A stretch of DNA of 62,249 bases, filler included, from Sluysia triapertura (Eukaryota), in NCBI GenBank assembly GCA_046118255.1. It is 5 parts of 5 records of this genome, joined end to end, with 100 filler letters (N's around TTAATTAATTAA, not from the genome) between each part and the next. Parts side by side here need not be neighbours in the genome. Positions count along the whole stretch, not along the records: positions 11,565 to 26,874 come from JBJNIA010231676.1; positions 26,975 to 38,846 come from JBJNIA010161930.1; 3 more parts are not named here. One strand, 5' to 3'. This document shows positions 24,764 through 38,694 of this stretch, in pieces. The notes below the pieces were generated by a model that worked only from the letters and a program-made list of their open reading frames with translations, made no database searches and was not told the DNA's origin. A program made the translations under genes and the position numbers. Position 1 is the stretch's first letter. Each line of letters opens with the position of its first letter.

Positions 24764-26874
24764 CTAAATTAAAAGAAAATCTCAAGTGATGCTCAAAAGA
24801 ACCTCAAAGCTTACTTATACCTTTAACTGTCTGGAGGTAAGTTAAAATCTATTAAGAGTAACACTAATTGAAAAATATTAATTAAATTCTTTTTCTGGAA
24901 AATTAATAATAGTAACTTTTTATGATTGTGCGTTGATTCCTTGATATGGAATCTTTAAAATGATTTTTCGTCGTTAGAAATAAACTCTAACTTTTGAAAA
25001 CGCATAAAATATTAAGTTTATATTTGAAACTATAAAAGTTAAAATATAAGAATAAATTAATTACCAATAATTTATTTCTTCAAAAACAAAGTTTAAAAAT
25101 ATACACGATTTGATAATAAAAATGATATTAGTTTACTAAATTAACTGCTGGAGTTAATAAAAATCAGTAGATTTTGGTAATGTATTTTTCGTAGGATCTA
25201 TGATAAGATTCAAAAGTTGATTAAAAGGATTTTAAGTATGATTTTACTAATGATACTCTAGGGTATCTAACCTTATAATAATTAAACTAACGTAAAATGT
25301 AGATTAAATAATATTAAAAAAACTGCTAGAATTTCGAAGCTTGTTGCAAAAATTTTACAAAATGTTGTTTAAATGTTGTGAAAATGTTGTTTATTTATAT
25401 AGTTTTAATCCTACCTTCATCGGATTAAAACAACTATTAAAATTAATATATTAAAACGAAATAATTAAAATAGTTATTAACATTTTACGCCAGTTTGATT
25501 ATAAAATTAAAATGGTTACAGTTAAAATATATAAAATAATTAAAATTAAATAATTAAAATTACTTACATTAAAAACAATAAAAACTTCCAGATTAATATA
25601 ATTACGTTAAAAACAATAAAGATTTCCAAATTAATAAAATAATCGATCAATAAATCAATAATATTTAATCAATATATAAAGTGCGTTATTCACTATAACA
25701 ATATATAAAGTTCAATGATTTTTTACTTACAATATTGAAGTTGATATTTTCATGAGCATCAACTTATTATATACTTTAATTATACCTAAACATCGTATGT
25801 AAATTTAATTTTAGGTTATAAAATCTAATTAAAATAACTAATTTTTACATTATCTGCGTTGACGTGCTTCATAACATGCTTTAATATCCCAACATCATTT
25901 TACATATCGCTTATGAAAAGATTTGTTGAAGAAATAAAGAAGTTTTAAATGAGAAAGACAACGATTAATTAAATAATAATAAGTTAAAATTAAATTATGT
26001 TAAAAGGAATGCAAACTGTTAAGATGGCTTGCATTTCATTGAAGGAAGTCTTTAAAATTATTAGTTATTACAATTCAATATTAACTTGATTAGCTTAAAG
26101 GAACCTTAATAATTTAAATAGCCAGTATACCAAGTATAATTTTGCAGTAATCTTCTTTTATAATATTAATATGTTGGTATTTCCTCTAAATACTCAACAA
26201 TTATAGTTTGTATAATTTATGGTTCGCCTATAATCTACGATTTAAATCCCAAAGAAGACGTAGTTATAGAAATAACAGTCAAAAAATATTCTGCGACAAG
26301 AAATCCTTAATCTTTGATGCACAATTCACTAATTAAAGTTTAATTCTTTATCAATTGTCAGAGGGTCTGTTAATTAACCTGTTAGTACAAAATGTTTTTC
26401 AATTTTATCTTAACAAATATCCTTTATTTTACTTAACACTAATCTACGTTATTGAACTGTAACAAATTACCTTTTAGTAAAAATTAAAGAAAAAACTCAG
26501 TTACCTCCCGAATATGTATTATGAACAAACTAAATAAATAGGTTAAATACAAATAAATATGATCAATATATAATGGTATATGATCTAGGATTTCTCCTAG
26601 TATAAATTAATACGAATAAGAATTTTAAGAAGATTTTAACCCAGGTGAATATGTTGGGATTGTCCAATTATGGTATAAAATATGAGAAAAATGATATAAA
26701 ATAGTTGAAATATTTATAATCATTGAAATGTTTATAATCATTTTGAAACCGAAGAATACCTTGGAGTTCCAAAGACCTTTGTATGGCATTGAGACCATTC
26801 TGAAGACTTCAGTAAGGTTTGGAAAGATGTCTTGAAACGTAAAGATACCTTTGAAAGTTGGAACCTCGGAATCA

Positions 26875-26974
26875 NNNNNNNNNNNNNNNNNNNNNNNNNN
26901 NNNNNNNNNNNNNNNNNNTTAATTAATTAANNNNNNNNNNNNNNNNNNNNNNNNNNNNNNNNNNNNNNNNNNNN
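26875..26974. other. Assembly linker
   Basis: N44-TTAATTAATTAA-N44. Confidence 0.98.
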
Positions 26975-28899
26975 TTTGAATGAGTTTAGTAGTTTGTTTA
27001 ATAGTCTGTGTACATGTGAAGTGTTTTTATGTGATGAAATGTGATGAATTTCCTACAAATATAAATAGAGAAAACTTGGAAATAGGAACATAATCGAATT
27101 CGCTGTCTGTTTTGGTTTTTAACTAATCGAATCGTCGTGTTTTAATAGACTTATTTCGCTCGTCGTGGACTATTACGATTTGGAAGATTTGAATTCATTC
27201 ATCACTGTATCAACATTACGGATCTGGATTAATTCTAATTTTTCGAAAATGTGTAAAATATGTGTTTACATCATTTAAGTGAGGTGTAATTTTAAAAACT
27301 CAGCCATTTTTAAACAAGCTATAAAAACTTTGTTATACTATCATTTAATTTCATTAGTCACCTCTAAAATAATAATATTTACAGTTATTTTTTTATTTCT
27401 AAATTGCTATTTTGAATTTGCCTTTTATATTCCACTTGAATTTTCTAGTTAATAAAGTTTTATAGAGTTAATTCATTCTGTTATTTTGTTAATTTAATAA
27501 ACCAAAGAATAGCGTTAATTCAAGAAAACACTGTCAAGAAAGATTACTATGATAAAGATAAAGAATTAGATAACATGCAAGAAATTATTAATTGAGGAAT
27601 AATATAAACTAAGGATAAAATGTAGCACGAACTGCATAGAACATAAATTAGAAAAAGAAATTCTATAAGTACGTCATTTGTAAACCATATTAAAATAATT
27701 TTGTATATTTTGATAAAATATACTTTGAATCTTGATAAATTTTTTCACGACGATTTAAAGCAACTATAATTAAATACATCCAACTATTTTTAAAGCTTTG
27801 ATTTTAAACTACAAAATATATCTATTTATATTTTTATATTCTTTATACTATTGTTTAAACTGTTATAAAATAAAGCTCTCAATGAATAAGTTGGATTAAA
27901 TTAACCCCTAAATATTAACATTGCGTGCATCATTTTTGCATTTCCTTTTTAATAAGATTTAAAATTTAAATGGTTAAATTATATAAGTTTAATCTTCTAA
28001 AATAAGCCATAATACGAAGTAATACGTCGGTTTAAATAAGACAACAAAACCCTTTCAAATTTCTAAAAAATAAACTTATTTTCTAAAAAAGAAAATACTA
28101 AAATAAAATTACTAAAAATAGAAAAGAAGTTGTATTGGCTGATGACTAGTATATAAACTATCATCAATTTAATGAAAACCGCCATTTTGATTTTTATACA
28201 ATTTTTATAAAATTTTGAATTTTATAGTTAGAGATTCAATTGGATTCAGCTATATTGCACTTTAGTAGGGACTCAGCAAGCAATCCTTCAATATTATTCC
28301 ATCGATTTAGTAATTTTTATTGGTTTAAGATGTTTCAATCTACACGAGTGAAATAATATTAAATTATTTTAATTTTTTTATCCCCATCTAATGAGAGGAA
28401 AGTTTTAAATTAAAATATATTATAAATCTATTAAGATTTTAATCACAAAATACTAATTTGTTTACCTTAATTTCTTATATCTAAGTTTTATCTTCGATAC
28501 TTGTTAATAAAATTTCTAATTCTTTTATTTTGATATCACACTCATATAAAATTTAGATTTTATAATGATAAAGTTAAAAAGACATTTAAGAAAAGTAACG
28601 ATTGGATTATAATTTTAAGATTATTAAAATTCTTTAAATTACTTTAAAATTATTTCTTTTCAATGAAAATTATATAACTTTTATTCTTTATATTTGTAAA
28701 ACATTGAAAATATTTAGGCATATCAAATGTTAGGATTAATTAAAGATAATTCAGAAACGTAACGGTCATGGCTCATGATAACAAAATAAAGTAATTATTA
28801 TTGAAGAATTATGATAAGATATTATGATGAATATATTATTACATAAGATATTATAAGATATACAATAAGTTAAATTATGTAAGATATTACTATAAGCAT

Positions 28900-30600
28900 A
28901 TAAAATACCTCAATTGAAACAAAAGAATGAGCAATACATTTATAAAATCTTTAAAATGTTTGAGAAATAAAATCTTTATTCAAAATAATAAAGAAAAGTT
29001 TAATGTAGTAATAATACACATGAAGAACGAGAAAAGGAATCAGATAGATGAAGATAAAAACATCTAGAGCCTCCTCAATGCCTTATAAATTACTAGAAAA
29101 CCTTCATAAAACTTTTATATATAGGATGAGATTAAGTCTAAAAATAGATAAATTAAGTAAAAATGTTAATTAACTTAATTAAGCAAAAGTACGTTTTTGC
29201 GAATAACTTTTGTATGCGGAATGCTATGTTGAATTTGAAACTGTGTATGTATTTGTTTTGAAAAAACCTTTCCATGGTTTGACCGAGTTCACGCAAAGAA
29301 AGCCGTAATGTTGAGCAAAGTCAAATTTTAATTAATTGTTTAATTATAGAGTGTCAAATGTTTTATAGTTAGAGTGATGCAAATGTAATGAATAGAATAT
29401 GAGATGATTGCTATGAAAGAGAAGAATCTATAAGAGAGTTTGAAATTCTTATAAAATGGTTCGTTTGAGAATAATAACCTTAAAACAGCTTTCTTTAGAA
29501 AATTGGGTGTAAAACATCGAAAATCAATTAAATCCTAAAAAGTGAAATTAAATTCATTATTTTTATGTATGTTAACAGATTTTGCTGATTGTTACTTTAA
29601 TGTGAGAAGTAATTCAAGTAAAAATAAATCGAGCAGAATAAAAGGAAATGATGGTTGATAATAAAATCAGATTTCTATCTTTTGTACCATACTATGTAAT
29701 TGTCAAAGCTGTTATTATCGGCTTGATTCTCAAAGAGATTTAGATGATTTGTGTGAGAGAGTGTTTGGTTGTGAGACTGGGAATTGATTGGAAGATGATA
29801 GAATATAAAATAAAGATTTCTAAATTTTTAACATGCAATAACAATAATGAGACAATTATGCAATTATCCAGTGAAGATCCATGCATAGGTAATTTTCTTT
29901 TTTTTGTTATTTTATTAATTGATTTTATTTTAATTTTATTTTTGATTTTATTAAAGGGAAGATAATTTTAATATAAGTTAATATTGTGCTACTTTTATTA
30001 TAAGATGTTTGATTTTATTTTCAGCCATTTTTAAAGCAGTTTTGTGGGAACGCCCTACACAATTTATTTTATCGAAACATTAAATATTTCTACTTTAGAT
30101 ATTACTGTTAAGTTTTATAAAGAATATCTGCCCAAAATTTTTATTATAATTGTGATTACTCTTTGTTACGTTAACTAAATACATTTAGGTAGCATAATTA
30201 TTATTAACTTTCTAGATATTGATATTGTTAATGTTAGTTGCGTCACTCCTGGTTTTTCAGATAGATTGTAGTATTCTTAATATTACTATAAACGCTATTG
30301 TTAATTTTGTCACTTTAGTTATTTTTAGTATTGTTTAGTGGAGAGTCATACTATTAACAATAAATTCTAGTTTGATTTTTGTTTAATAGTAAATTATTGC
30401 CTTATTTTTGATTTGATTTTTATGAGCTTAATTTTGGAGGAATAGCTATTAATATTAAGTAAGAGAATTACTGCAGAATTATACTTAATATAGTGACTAC
30501 TTAAAATATTAAGATTCTTTTAAGCTAATCAAGATAATATTGAGTTATCATTGCTAGTAATTTTTAAAGACGCAACATATGTTTTTATAAACCAAAAGAT
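28900..30600 (+). mobile_element. Decayed repeat, probable LTR-retrotransposon gag/protease relic (copy A)
   Basis: Homologous to 31200-32500 and 60590-61170 in reverse orientation. Translates INLIKQKYV..NN..MRNAMLNLK...WFDRV and LGIDW (gag-like and protease-like). Confidence 0.45.
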
Positions 30601-31199
30601 ATATCTCTATCAACAATGACTTTCACTATCTAAAACGTATAACATCGAATCGATCACACAATCAGCTTATTTTGTTCTTTATACAAACCCGCTTACATAA
30701 ATCTTCTAACCAGCGAATTATCCTCTATAAGTTATTGCTACTTGTTATTCGTCCTAACAATATAAATGTCAAGTCGTCAAGGGTAAATTTACATCATAAA
30801 TATTCAGCTCAAATCACTTATAACATGTCGGTAGGACATTTCATATTGGTAACTGACAATAACTTATTTTTTTCTCATTTGTTGACAGATTTATAACCAC
30901 TTACTACATGAAATCTAAAAAAATGGTCAATATTGTTTTTCACTAAACTTTGTTAACACTCTGTTATCCATATTAAATAAAATTAATGTTAATATTTTTA
31001 CCAAAATCCTTAAAATACAAAATTCACCATATAATAAAAACATATATCTACAAAAGCTGCGTCTTTGAAATTATTAATAGTAAATCAGTGTCAGTTTAAT
31101 TTAATTAAAAGTAATCTTATTATTTTCAATACTCACTAGATCAAGTATAACTTATCACAAATTTTCTTATTTTAATAATGATATTTATTCAACCCAAAC

Positions 31200-32800
31200 A
31201 TTACGTTTTAAAATAACAAATCAATAATTTAACAATTAAAAAAATCAAATTACAAATTGCTACTACAAATTTCCGCTGTAACAATAATAAAATTGACTAA
31301 ATCACAAAATTAAGAATAATGTTTATAATAATATTAAGAAAACAACAATCTATCAAAAAGAACCAGAGGTGACGTAAAACTAAAAAATATTAAATATTAT
31401 CAGGCTTATTCCTTAATAATAATCAATTATAAATTTCCCAAAACAACACAATAACAAAACTATTATAATAAAATCATTGCCTAAAACATTATTATTTTTA
31501 ATTATTAAAGTATTAAAATTATAAAACAATTTCAAAAACTACTTAAAGCATGGATCTTCTCATTTGCATTAATAGTTGTTGTCATTGCTGTGTTGTTGTT
31601 TAGAGATAATAATTTTTAGTTATTCATTTGTAAATTTTATCATAATCCAATCATTTCCAAATTTCGATTAAACATTCTATTACACAAATCAATGCAACAT
31701 TCTCTGAGAATTAATCCAACAATTATAACTTTGATACAGATTGTCAAACTTTCTAGATACAAAATACAAAAAATTGATTTTTGATTATCTATTATTTTCC
31801 TTTACTCTACTCAGTCTACTTTTGCTTAAATTACTTTTGTCATTAAGATAACAATAATTATTATTGTTAACATACTTTAAAATATGAATTTAATTGATTT
31901 TTGGTTTTCACACCCAATTTTCTTATGAAAATGTTTACAGTTCATATTCTCAAATAGACCGCTCTACAAACATTTGAAACTCAATTCTAGATTCTCCCCT
32001 TATAGCAATTATCTCATATTCAATTCATTATATTTACATCATTCTAAGTGTAAAAAATTCAACATTCCGTAATTAAGAATTAATTAAATTTTGACTGCTC
32101 AATTTTTGCTCAAATTGACTTTAACCTCGCACGAATTCGGTCAAACCATACCTTCATTGAAAGGTCTTTTTAAAATTTTCAAATTTGACATAGCATTCCG
32201 CATTCAAAGGTTATTCACAAAAACGTACTTTTTCTTAATTAAGTTAACTAGGATTTTAATTAATTAATTTTTAGACTTAATCTTATTTTATGTTTAAAGT
32301 TTTTATAAAGGTTCTAAAGTTATTTAGTAGTTTATAAGGAGGGTCCAGATGTTTTCACCTTTACATCTCTGATTCCCTTTCCTACTTCTTCATGTTAATT
32401 ATCACCGTACTGGATTGATTTATCTTTAATACCGATAACACTGATTTTATTTCTCAAATGTTTTAAAGACTTTAAATACTTTAAAGGTTACTAAAAGATT
32501 TAAAATGCTTATCGATATTTCAAGAATAATTAAATGATCAAAAAGTTTACAAGTTCAAAGGTACCTTAATGCTTCTAAAGGTTTTCCAAGTCCATCTCAA
32601 GCTTCCATAAAGTCTCAAACACTTACATATGTCTTTGGAACTCTAAGGTATTCTTTAGCTGTTAAAATTATTATATATTTTCACTTTCACGATTCTTATT
32701 CATGTTCAATTCATTACTTTGTATCAGTTTTTCCTCCATTTTATAGTTCTATATGTTTCTCATTCATCTCCTGATCTACAGTGGGCAATCCAAACAATTA
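31200..32800 (-). mobile_element. Decayed repeat, same family (copy B, inverted)
   Basis: 32180-32250 is the near reverse complement of 29165-29240; 32540-32660 matches 26750-26870. Confidence 0.6.
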
Positions 32801-33535
32801 GAATTTTTTCATTTTCAGGTCTGCAATTATTTATTTTTCAGAGAAGGTTAGCTAAAATATTAATTGTTATTATTTACATTTAGGATTTCAAATGGGTTAT
32901 TATTTTTATTATTTTTTTTAATTTCAGACCTGATGACTACTTATGATTGCTGCCTTACAGTATATTAGTTCAACTTTTTCTAAGCTAAGAACAATTATGA
33001 AATTAAACTTACGGGTCAGCCTGTGATGTACGGTTTATATTACGTGAAAGACGTACTCACAGGAAAATTTTTGTAAAGTCAGAATGCTACGCAAGAGTTC
33101 CTTATACTTTGCAGTAATGAGGGTCTATATCAATGATCTAATAATTTTTAATTTAATTTAAATTTATCTTATCGGTTATGAATTTTAACAAATTTAAGCT
33201 TTTGTTCAACAAATTATTCTTTACGTTTAAAGCTTACTTTATCTTTTAACCTACTCCTTTAAATAAACTTAAACAATAAAGAAAAGACCGAATTTTTATT
33301 ATAATAATAAATGAGTACACGATAAACAAATTATGGTATTAAATATATAAAAACAAATAAAATTATAATATATATATATATATATACAAAAATCAACAAA
33401 TTCTAAATAGATTTTGACTCAGGCTAATGCTTGAGTTTTCAAAGAATCAAAGAAATTTAAGTGTATTTTAAGGCAAATATTATTGCCGCAATCTTAAAAT
33501 AAAATTATACATGGACTTGGATCTGTTTTATGTCT

Positions 33536-33660
33536 AATGGTATTCTCCGTAAATAATGTCTTTCGAATAAGAATTTGTACTATCTGAGATGATTAATGGT
33601 ACTCTTCGCAAATAATATTTTCCAAATAAAAGTTCTTTTACTGTCCGAGACGATTAATTC
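33536..33660. repeat. Imperfect ~60-bp tandem duplication
   Basis: AATGGT..TCT.CG.AAATAAT...ACT.TC.GAGA.GATTAAT occurs twice. Confidence 0.65.
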
Positions 33661-34415
33661 TCCAAAAATTGAGTCGCGTTGTCTTTAGCTTTGTTGTGGT
33701 GATTTGTAGAGACGATACGTTTTATTTATACGATAATTCTGTATGCTATCTATTTCCGATTTAATATTTAAATTTAATAATGTAAACATTTTATTTTCGA
33801 ATCTTGTATTTTTTGATATGAATGTTAAATTTAATAATATAAACATTTGATTTTTCAAATTTTCACTCGAATAGCTAATGTAAATACTTAGTTAATTAAG
33901 ATGATTAATTTATTTCTTTTTTAAAATTAAATAAGATGATTAATTCAAAATTTACATAAAAAGTTTAAATTACAATATTTACAATTTATATTTTTAATTT
34001 TACAATTTTATTTCTTATATTAAACAAAAATTTACATTAAAGTTTAATTGCAATATTTACACATACTAAATTTTTGTATTATGGACGTAACACCCTAACT
34101 TAACTTCTTTATTAAATTATTATTATTTTATTGCCATTATTGCCATTAATTTAATTAGGTCGTTTAGGATGAGTTCTGATAAATTCAATTTTTATAATTA
34201 AATTAATTTTTAATATAATTTTGATTATTAATTTTATATATAGACTTGATATATTATTTCATCCATAAGTTCCTGTAATTCAGTAACATAACTCAATATA
34301 TTTTAACCAAATATTTTTATATATCTTAACTCTTACGAACCCCAATGCTTATTAATATTCATATTTAATATTTATTTCATATTTCATATTTATATTAAAT
34401 AAAAATTGAATATGA

Positions 34416-34880
34416 ATGGCTGATTTCAAACTAGATTATTCTTTCTTTACATTTGTACTTATATCTGATTTTGATATCGATCAAAAGCAATTATTATATC
34501 AAGGAAACTTGAGATTAAACATTAAATTTGCCAAAGGACTTGAAAAACCAACAACTTTATGGTATTTAGATAAAGAAATACAAATAAATAACGACCGTCT
34601 AATTATATATTTAAAGTAATGTGGTTCATTTTAATCAGTTCTTTAGAAATTAATCGAATTATTACTATTCTATTTGAAATGACGCCATATTTGATGAAGG
34701 TAATTACATTGTAAATATTCATAAAGGCAATTTAGATGGTTAACATTAGCTTAAAATTTATGTGAAATCTTAATGTGTTGATGCATTTGATATATTAGTT
34801 TTTATTACCTAAATTCATTAGTTAATAGTGTTATTCAAAAGATAAATCTGCATACTTTAATGCACAAAAAATGTTTACAA
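34416..34880 (+). mobile_element. Polinton/Maverick relic: major capsid protein C-terminus followed by a decayed adenain-like cysteine protease
   Basis: YSFFTFVLISD...QGNLRLNIKFAKGL...EIQINNDR matches the Polinton MCP C-terminal pattern as I recall it. Downstream YIVNIHKGNLDG*H*LKIYV...AFD matches IVNTD...GxHW...FD. Confidence 0.65.
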
Positions 34881-35162
34881 TATACCAATACGATTTTATT
34901 TTAACTTCAGAAATAATTGAGTAAAGTAAAGAAAAACAGTAGTTGATCATTAATCAAGTTTCTTGTTCTTTGCTTCACTGAGTCTGACAAGTAGCAGCAT
35001 GCAACTGTTAAAGCTGTCATTATGGGCTCGGTTTTCAAAATATGTTCAAATTAAATGTGTAATGAACAGTAGGTTACAAGATTCCAAGTATTATTGGAGG
35101 ATTAAAGTGCATAAAAGCAAGAGTTGAAATGATTTTAAACGCAAAGAAATGTATGTTAGATT

Positions 35163-35260
35163 TGTTAGACTTCATAAAATGGACTGACCGGGGATCGAAC
35201 CCGGGACCATCGCTGCGCAGTTCGACTGCTCTACCACTGAGCTATCAGCCCCGACTAACA
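35163..35260 (-). repeat. tRNA-Ala-like dispersed element, copy 4 (tRNA body 35180-35251, best cloverleaf)
   Basis: GGGCTGATAGCTCAGTGGTAGAGCAGTCGAACTGCGCAGCGATGGTCCCGGGTTCGATCCCCGGTCAGTCCA followed by TTTT; intact A and B boxes; 8-nt anticodon loop. Confidence 0.85.
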
Positions 35261-36218
35261 ATTTCAATTATACTACTTGGCACTTTTTAGGCCTTTTACC
35301 CCAACAGATTTAATTTATGATGGAAATTTATAACTTTGATTATTACGATGATAGGTAATTTTACTTGATTATTATCAACAATCCTTGAATGCTGAACATT
35401 TATAAATTGAAGTTTTATTTTAAATATGATCTATATTTAATTATTTAATTTCATTCTTAGCCATTTTGATTATTGATTAATTTTTAATTCGATTTATTTT
35501 AATTTTTATTGTGAAGTGATTTCGTAAGTATCTAATTATAATATTTAATTAACAATTTGAGTATTATGTGCTCAGAAAAGTGAACTCCTTTTGGCATGAC
35601 TTATTGACGTATATGTATATTGCGTTTAATAATTTTTACGCCTTAACATTATTTCTACCACGATTTTGTGTATTCCTACTTCGAGCAAAAAGTATCTATT
35701 TAGATCTAGTATGAGTTGAAGGAAAATTTTAACGTTAAGTTAATTAAAAAATCATACGAAGAGTCAAAACATCAATTGAGAAAAAATGATTAAACTTAGA
35801 AAATAATTTCAAATTAAAATGTAAAATTATCCTATCATATAAATTCATGGAACTATCTAACATTTTTATCTGAGCAGCGATAATTCTATACAAATACATG
35901 CAGGACCTGTGAATAAATAAGAGGTTGATCGAATATTATATAACATTAATGTAATATATATATATATATTTCTAACAAAAATTTGTATACAATGAAATAG
36001 ATAATAACATTTAAATATTAATATTAAATTGATTTAAAATCTCTGTGTAAAGACATTATTAAAGCACAATTAATATTTTGTCATACAGAATATTAATTAA
36101 AACATTTTACATAGAACGTAGCATAAAATTATACTAGAACACAAATAAAAAATTTTAATAAATTTTCTTACTAATTTAATTTAATAATTTTTGCACAATA
36201 CTTTTAATTGTTATGTTA

Positions 36219-36233
36219 CTTTTTCGTTTTCCT
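36219..36233 (+). promoter_or_regulatory. Possible polypyrimidine (TCT/5'TOP-like) initiator of RPLP0
   Basis: CTTTTTCGTTTTCCT lies ~55-65 nt upstream of the ATG; animal ribosomal protein genes typically start in such tracts. Weak evidence in an AT-rich background. Confidence 0.3.
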
Positions 36234-36285
36234 AAATTTGTTTTTGTTTGAATTTTAAAAAATTATTAAAAAGAAATAATTTAAA

Positions 36286-37247
36286 ATGCCGGTTAACGCC
36301 AAAAAACAAGTTTATCATAAAAGTTTAACTTCATTGCTAGAAAAGTATGATAAAGCAATGATTGTTAATGCTGATAATGTTACCAGTCAGCAATTACAAA
36401 ATATTCGAAAAGCTTTAAGAGGTAGTGCAGAAATAAAATTTGGCAAAAACACCATGATGAAATTGGTAATAAATGATCTTAAGAATGCTGATTGCATGAA
36501 AATGGTTCCTTATCTTCACGGAAATGTCGGAATTATATTTACAAATGGAGATTTATGTGACATACGTGAAGTAATACGTAGTCAAAAAGTTCAGGCTCCA
36601 GCAAAAGCCGATGCAATTGCACCAAAGTCAGTGACTGTTCCCAAACAATTAACAACTTTAGGTCCAGAAAAAACTTCTTTCTTTCAAGCATTACAAATAC
36701 CAACTAAAATTACTCGTGGTACTATTGAAATTATTAATGATGTCAATTTAATTAAAGAAGGTGATGTGGTAAAAGCTTCAGAAGCATCTCTTCTTCAAAT
36801 GTTGAAAATATTTCCATTCGAATATGGATTAAAAATAGATCAAATATATGATAACGGATCATGTTATACACCAGAAGCTTTAGATATAACACCAGATGAT
36901 ATAAAATCAGCCTTCTTAAATAGCGTTCAATATGTTTCAAGTGTATCTTTGGCAATAAATAGACCAACATTGGTTTCTGTGCCACATAGAATAGCAAATA
37001 CTATTAAATCACTTGTAGCAGTTGCTTTAGGTGCTGGTCTTGAATTGGAATGTACAAAGAATGTAAGCTAATTTTATTATTAAAAAATTAAATTTAGATA
37101 AGAGAATATTTAACTGATCCATCAAAATTTGCTGTAGCTGCCCCTGTGGTTGAACACACGGAAATTGTTGAGGAAAAAGAAAAGGAGAAGGAAGAGGAAT
37201 CTTCAGAATCCGAAGATTCTGATATTGGAATGTCATTATTTGATTGA
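36286..37247 (+). CDS. RPLP0: 60S acidic ribosomal protein P0 (uL10); exons 36286-37062 and 37098-37247, 308 aa
   Basis: ORF has uL10 hallmarks (ADNVTSQQLQNIRKALRG, GKNTMM, GNVGIIFT, TLGPEKTSFFQALQIPTKITRGTIEII). A phase-0 GTAAGC...TTTAG intron (37063-37097) joins it to IREYLTDPSKFAVAAP...EEESSESEDSDIGMSLFD*, the acidic P-protein tail. Confidence 0.97.
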
Positions 37248-37439
37248 ATCTAATATATCTTTTTTGGAATTTGCATTGTGCAAAATTTTTTTAATTCATT
37301 AAAATTTTAATGTTTTTTTTATTTACCAATTTTTGTGTGCTAAGTAGATATAATTAAAGGAAAATATTTTTAAGTCTTTCGAGGTTTGCTTGAATATTAA
37401 AAACAAGCTGTACTATGTTGTGTAGCGATGAATAATGTG

Positions 37440-37720
37440 AAATATTACACAAATTGTTTTAGCCAATTTAAATATGAAAAATTACGAAATCTTAATCGTA
37501 AAAGTGCTTTTATCTTTAAATAATAAAAGTAGGAACAAATGTGTATCTGGCAAATGGTTATTAAAAAGTTGAAAACTTTCAATCGACGCAATATATTAAA
37601 CAGCTAAAATGGAGGTATAACAACATAATGGACAAGAGTTTTAGTGTTATCCATATTTATTAGTATTTCTCTAACTACACTATCAAATGGGATGGCTGAG
37701 TTTAACTACTGTGCCACGTA
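37440..37720 (+). mobile_element. Retroviral-type integrase core relic
   Basis: Scattered frames give NCFSQF (D.FSKF), RKSA, HNGQEF (DNGxEF) and SNGMAE (SNG.AER) in the correct order. Confidence 0.45.
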
Positions 37721-38694
37721 AAGTTTTCGATAGTATGCAATTCTCGTACAGGTAGTTTAAAGGAAAATAAGACTTATTTCAAGTTAAACATTGGGTAATA
37801 TCAGTTGTCATACAAGAAGTTTGAGAAGGTGTGCGACACCAAATTTTTAATAATGTTTAAGTATAAATTTTATAAACCTTTGAATTTAAAGTTTAAAATA
37901 TTTTTGCACGTTTTCGCAAAATTGATAAGAATTATTTTTTTACTCATGATAAGAATATTTTATCAAATAATCTGTAAAGATGCTTAACAGTAAAAGTTGC
38001 TTTTAAATTAAAAATAGCTTCTGTTTAATATTTATTTTTGCATATTTATGCTCAACGCTGCATATAATTATTAGGTTTAATGTCACTAGTTCTTTACTTA
38101 GTGAACTATTAAGCCTTTTGAAAATACACAAGGTTATCTATATGCTTAAATAAATACATTGTAAATCAATAGAGGTAAGATATTACCTGGAATCTTAGTG
38201 TACCTTTTGCAATATTGTGTAGAGTAATAATAATAATAACTTTTATCCGTAAATTTGCTAAGTTTCTTTATCTTAACTCTTAAGCAAAATGTTATAATTT
38301 AGTTACGTTTGCCTATACTGTACGTTTTACACACTAGGCGACGCATGTATAGAATGTCAAGAAATACGATTAAATAACAGTGTTTCTTCAGACAACTTCA
38401 TCTTTCTCAGATAACTTATTCATGATAGAGAAACAACTGTAGAGCAGGAGCATCAACCAACTCCAAATAAAAAATTGTAATTTCTGGTGAGAGTGATGAA
38501 GATATTAGAGCGGGAATTTTAATAAACCTTTTATTTTGTTTTTATTCTAATATTTTTGTTTTTTGATTAAAAATCTAAAAATAAACTTGCTTTCTATTTG
38601 TATATTTTACTGAGTCAAAATCTTGGCTATAATAAAAAGTTTATACTCTAAGATTTGGTTTCGAATTGTTTGGTTCACACTAAAATTATAGGGT

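Noticed and set aside
36752-37236. Minus-strand ORFs over RPLP0
   Set aside because: Antisense shadows of the real gene.
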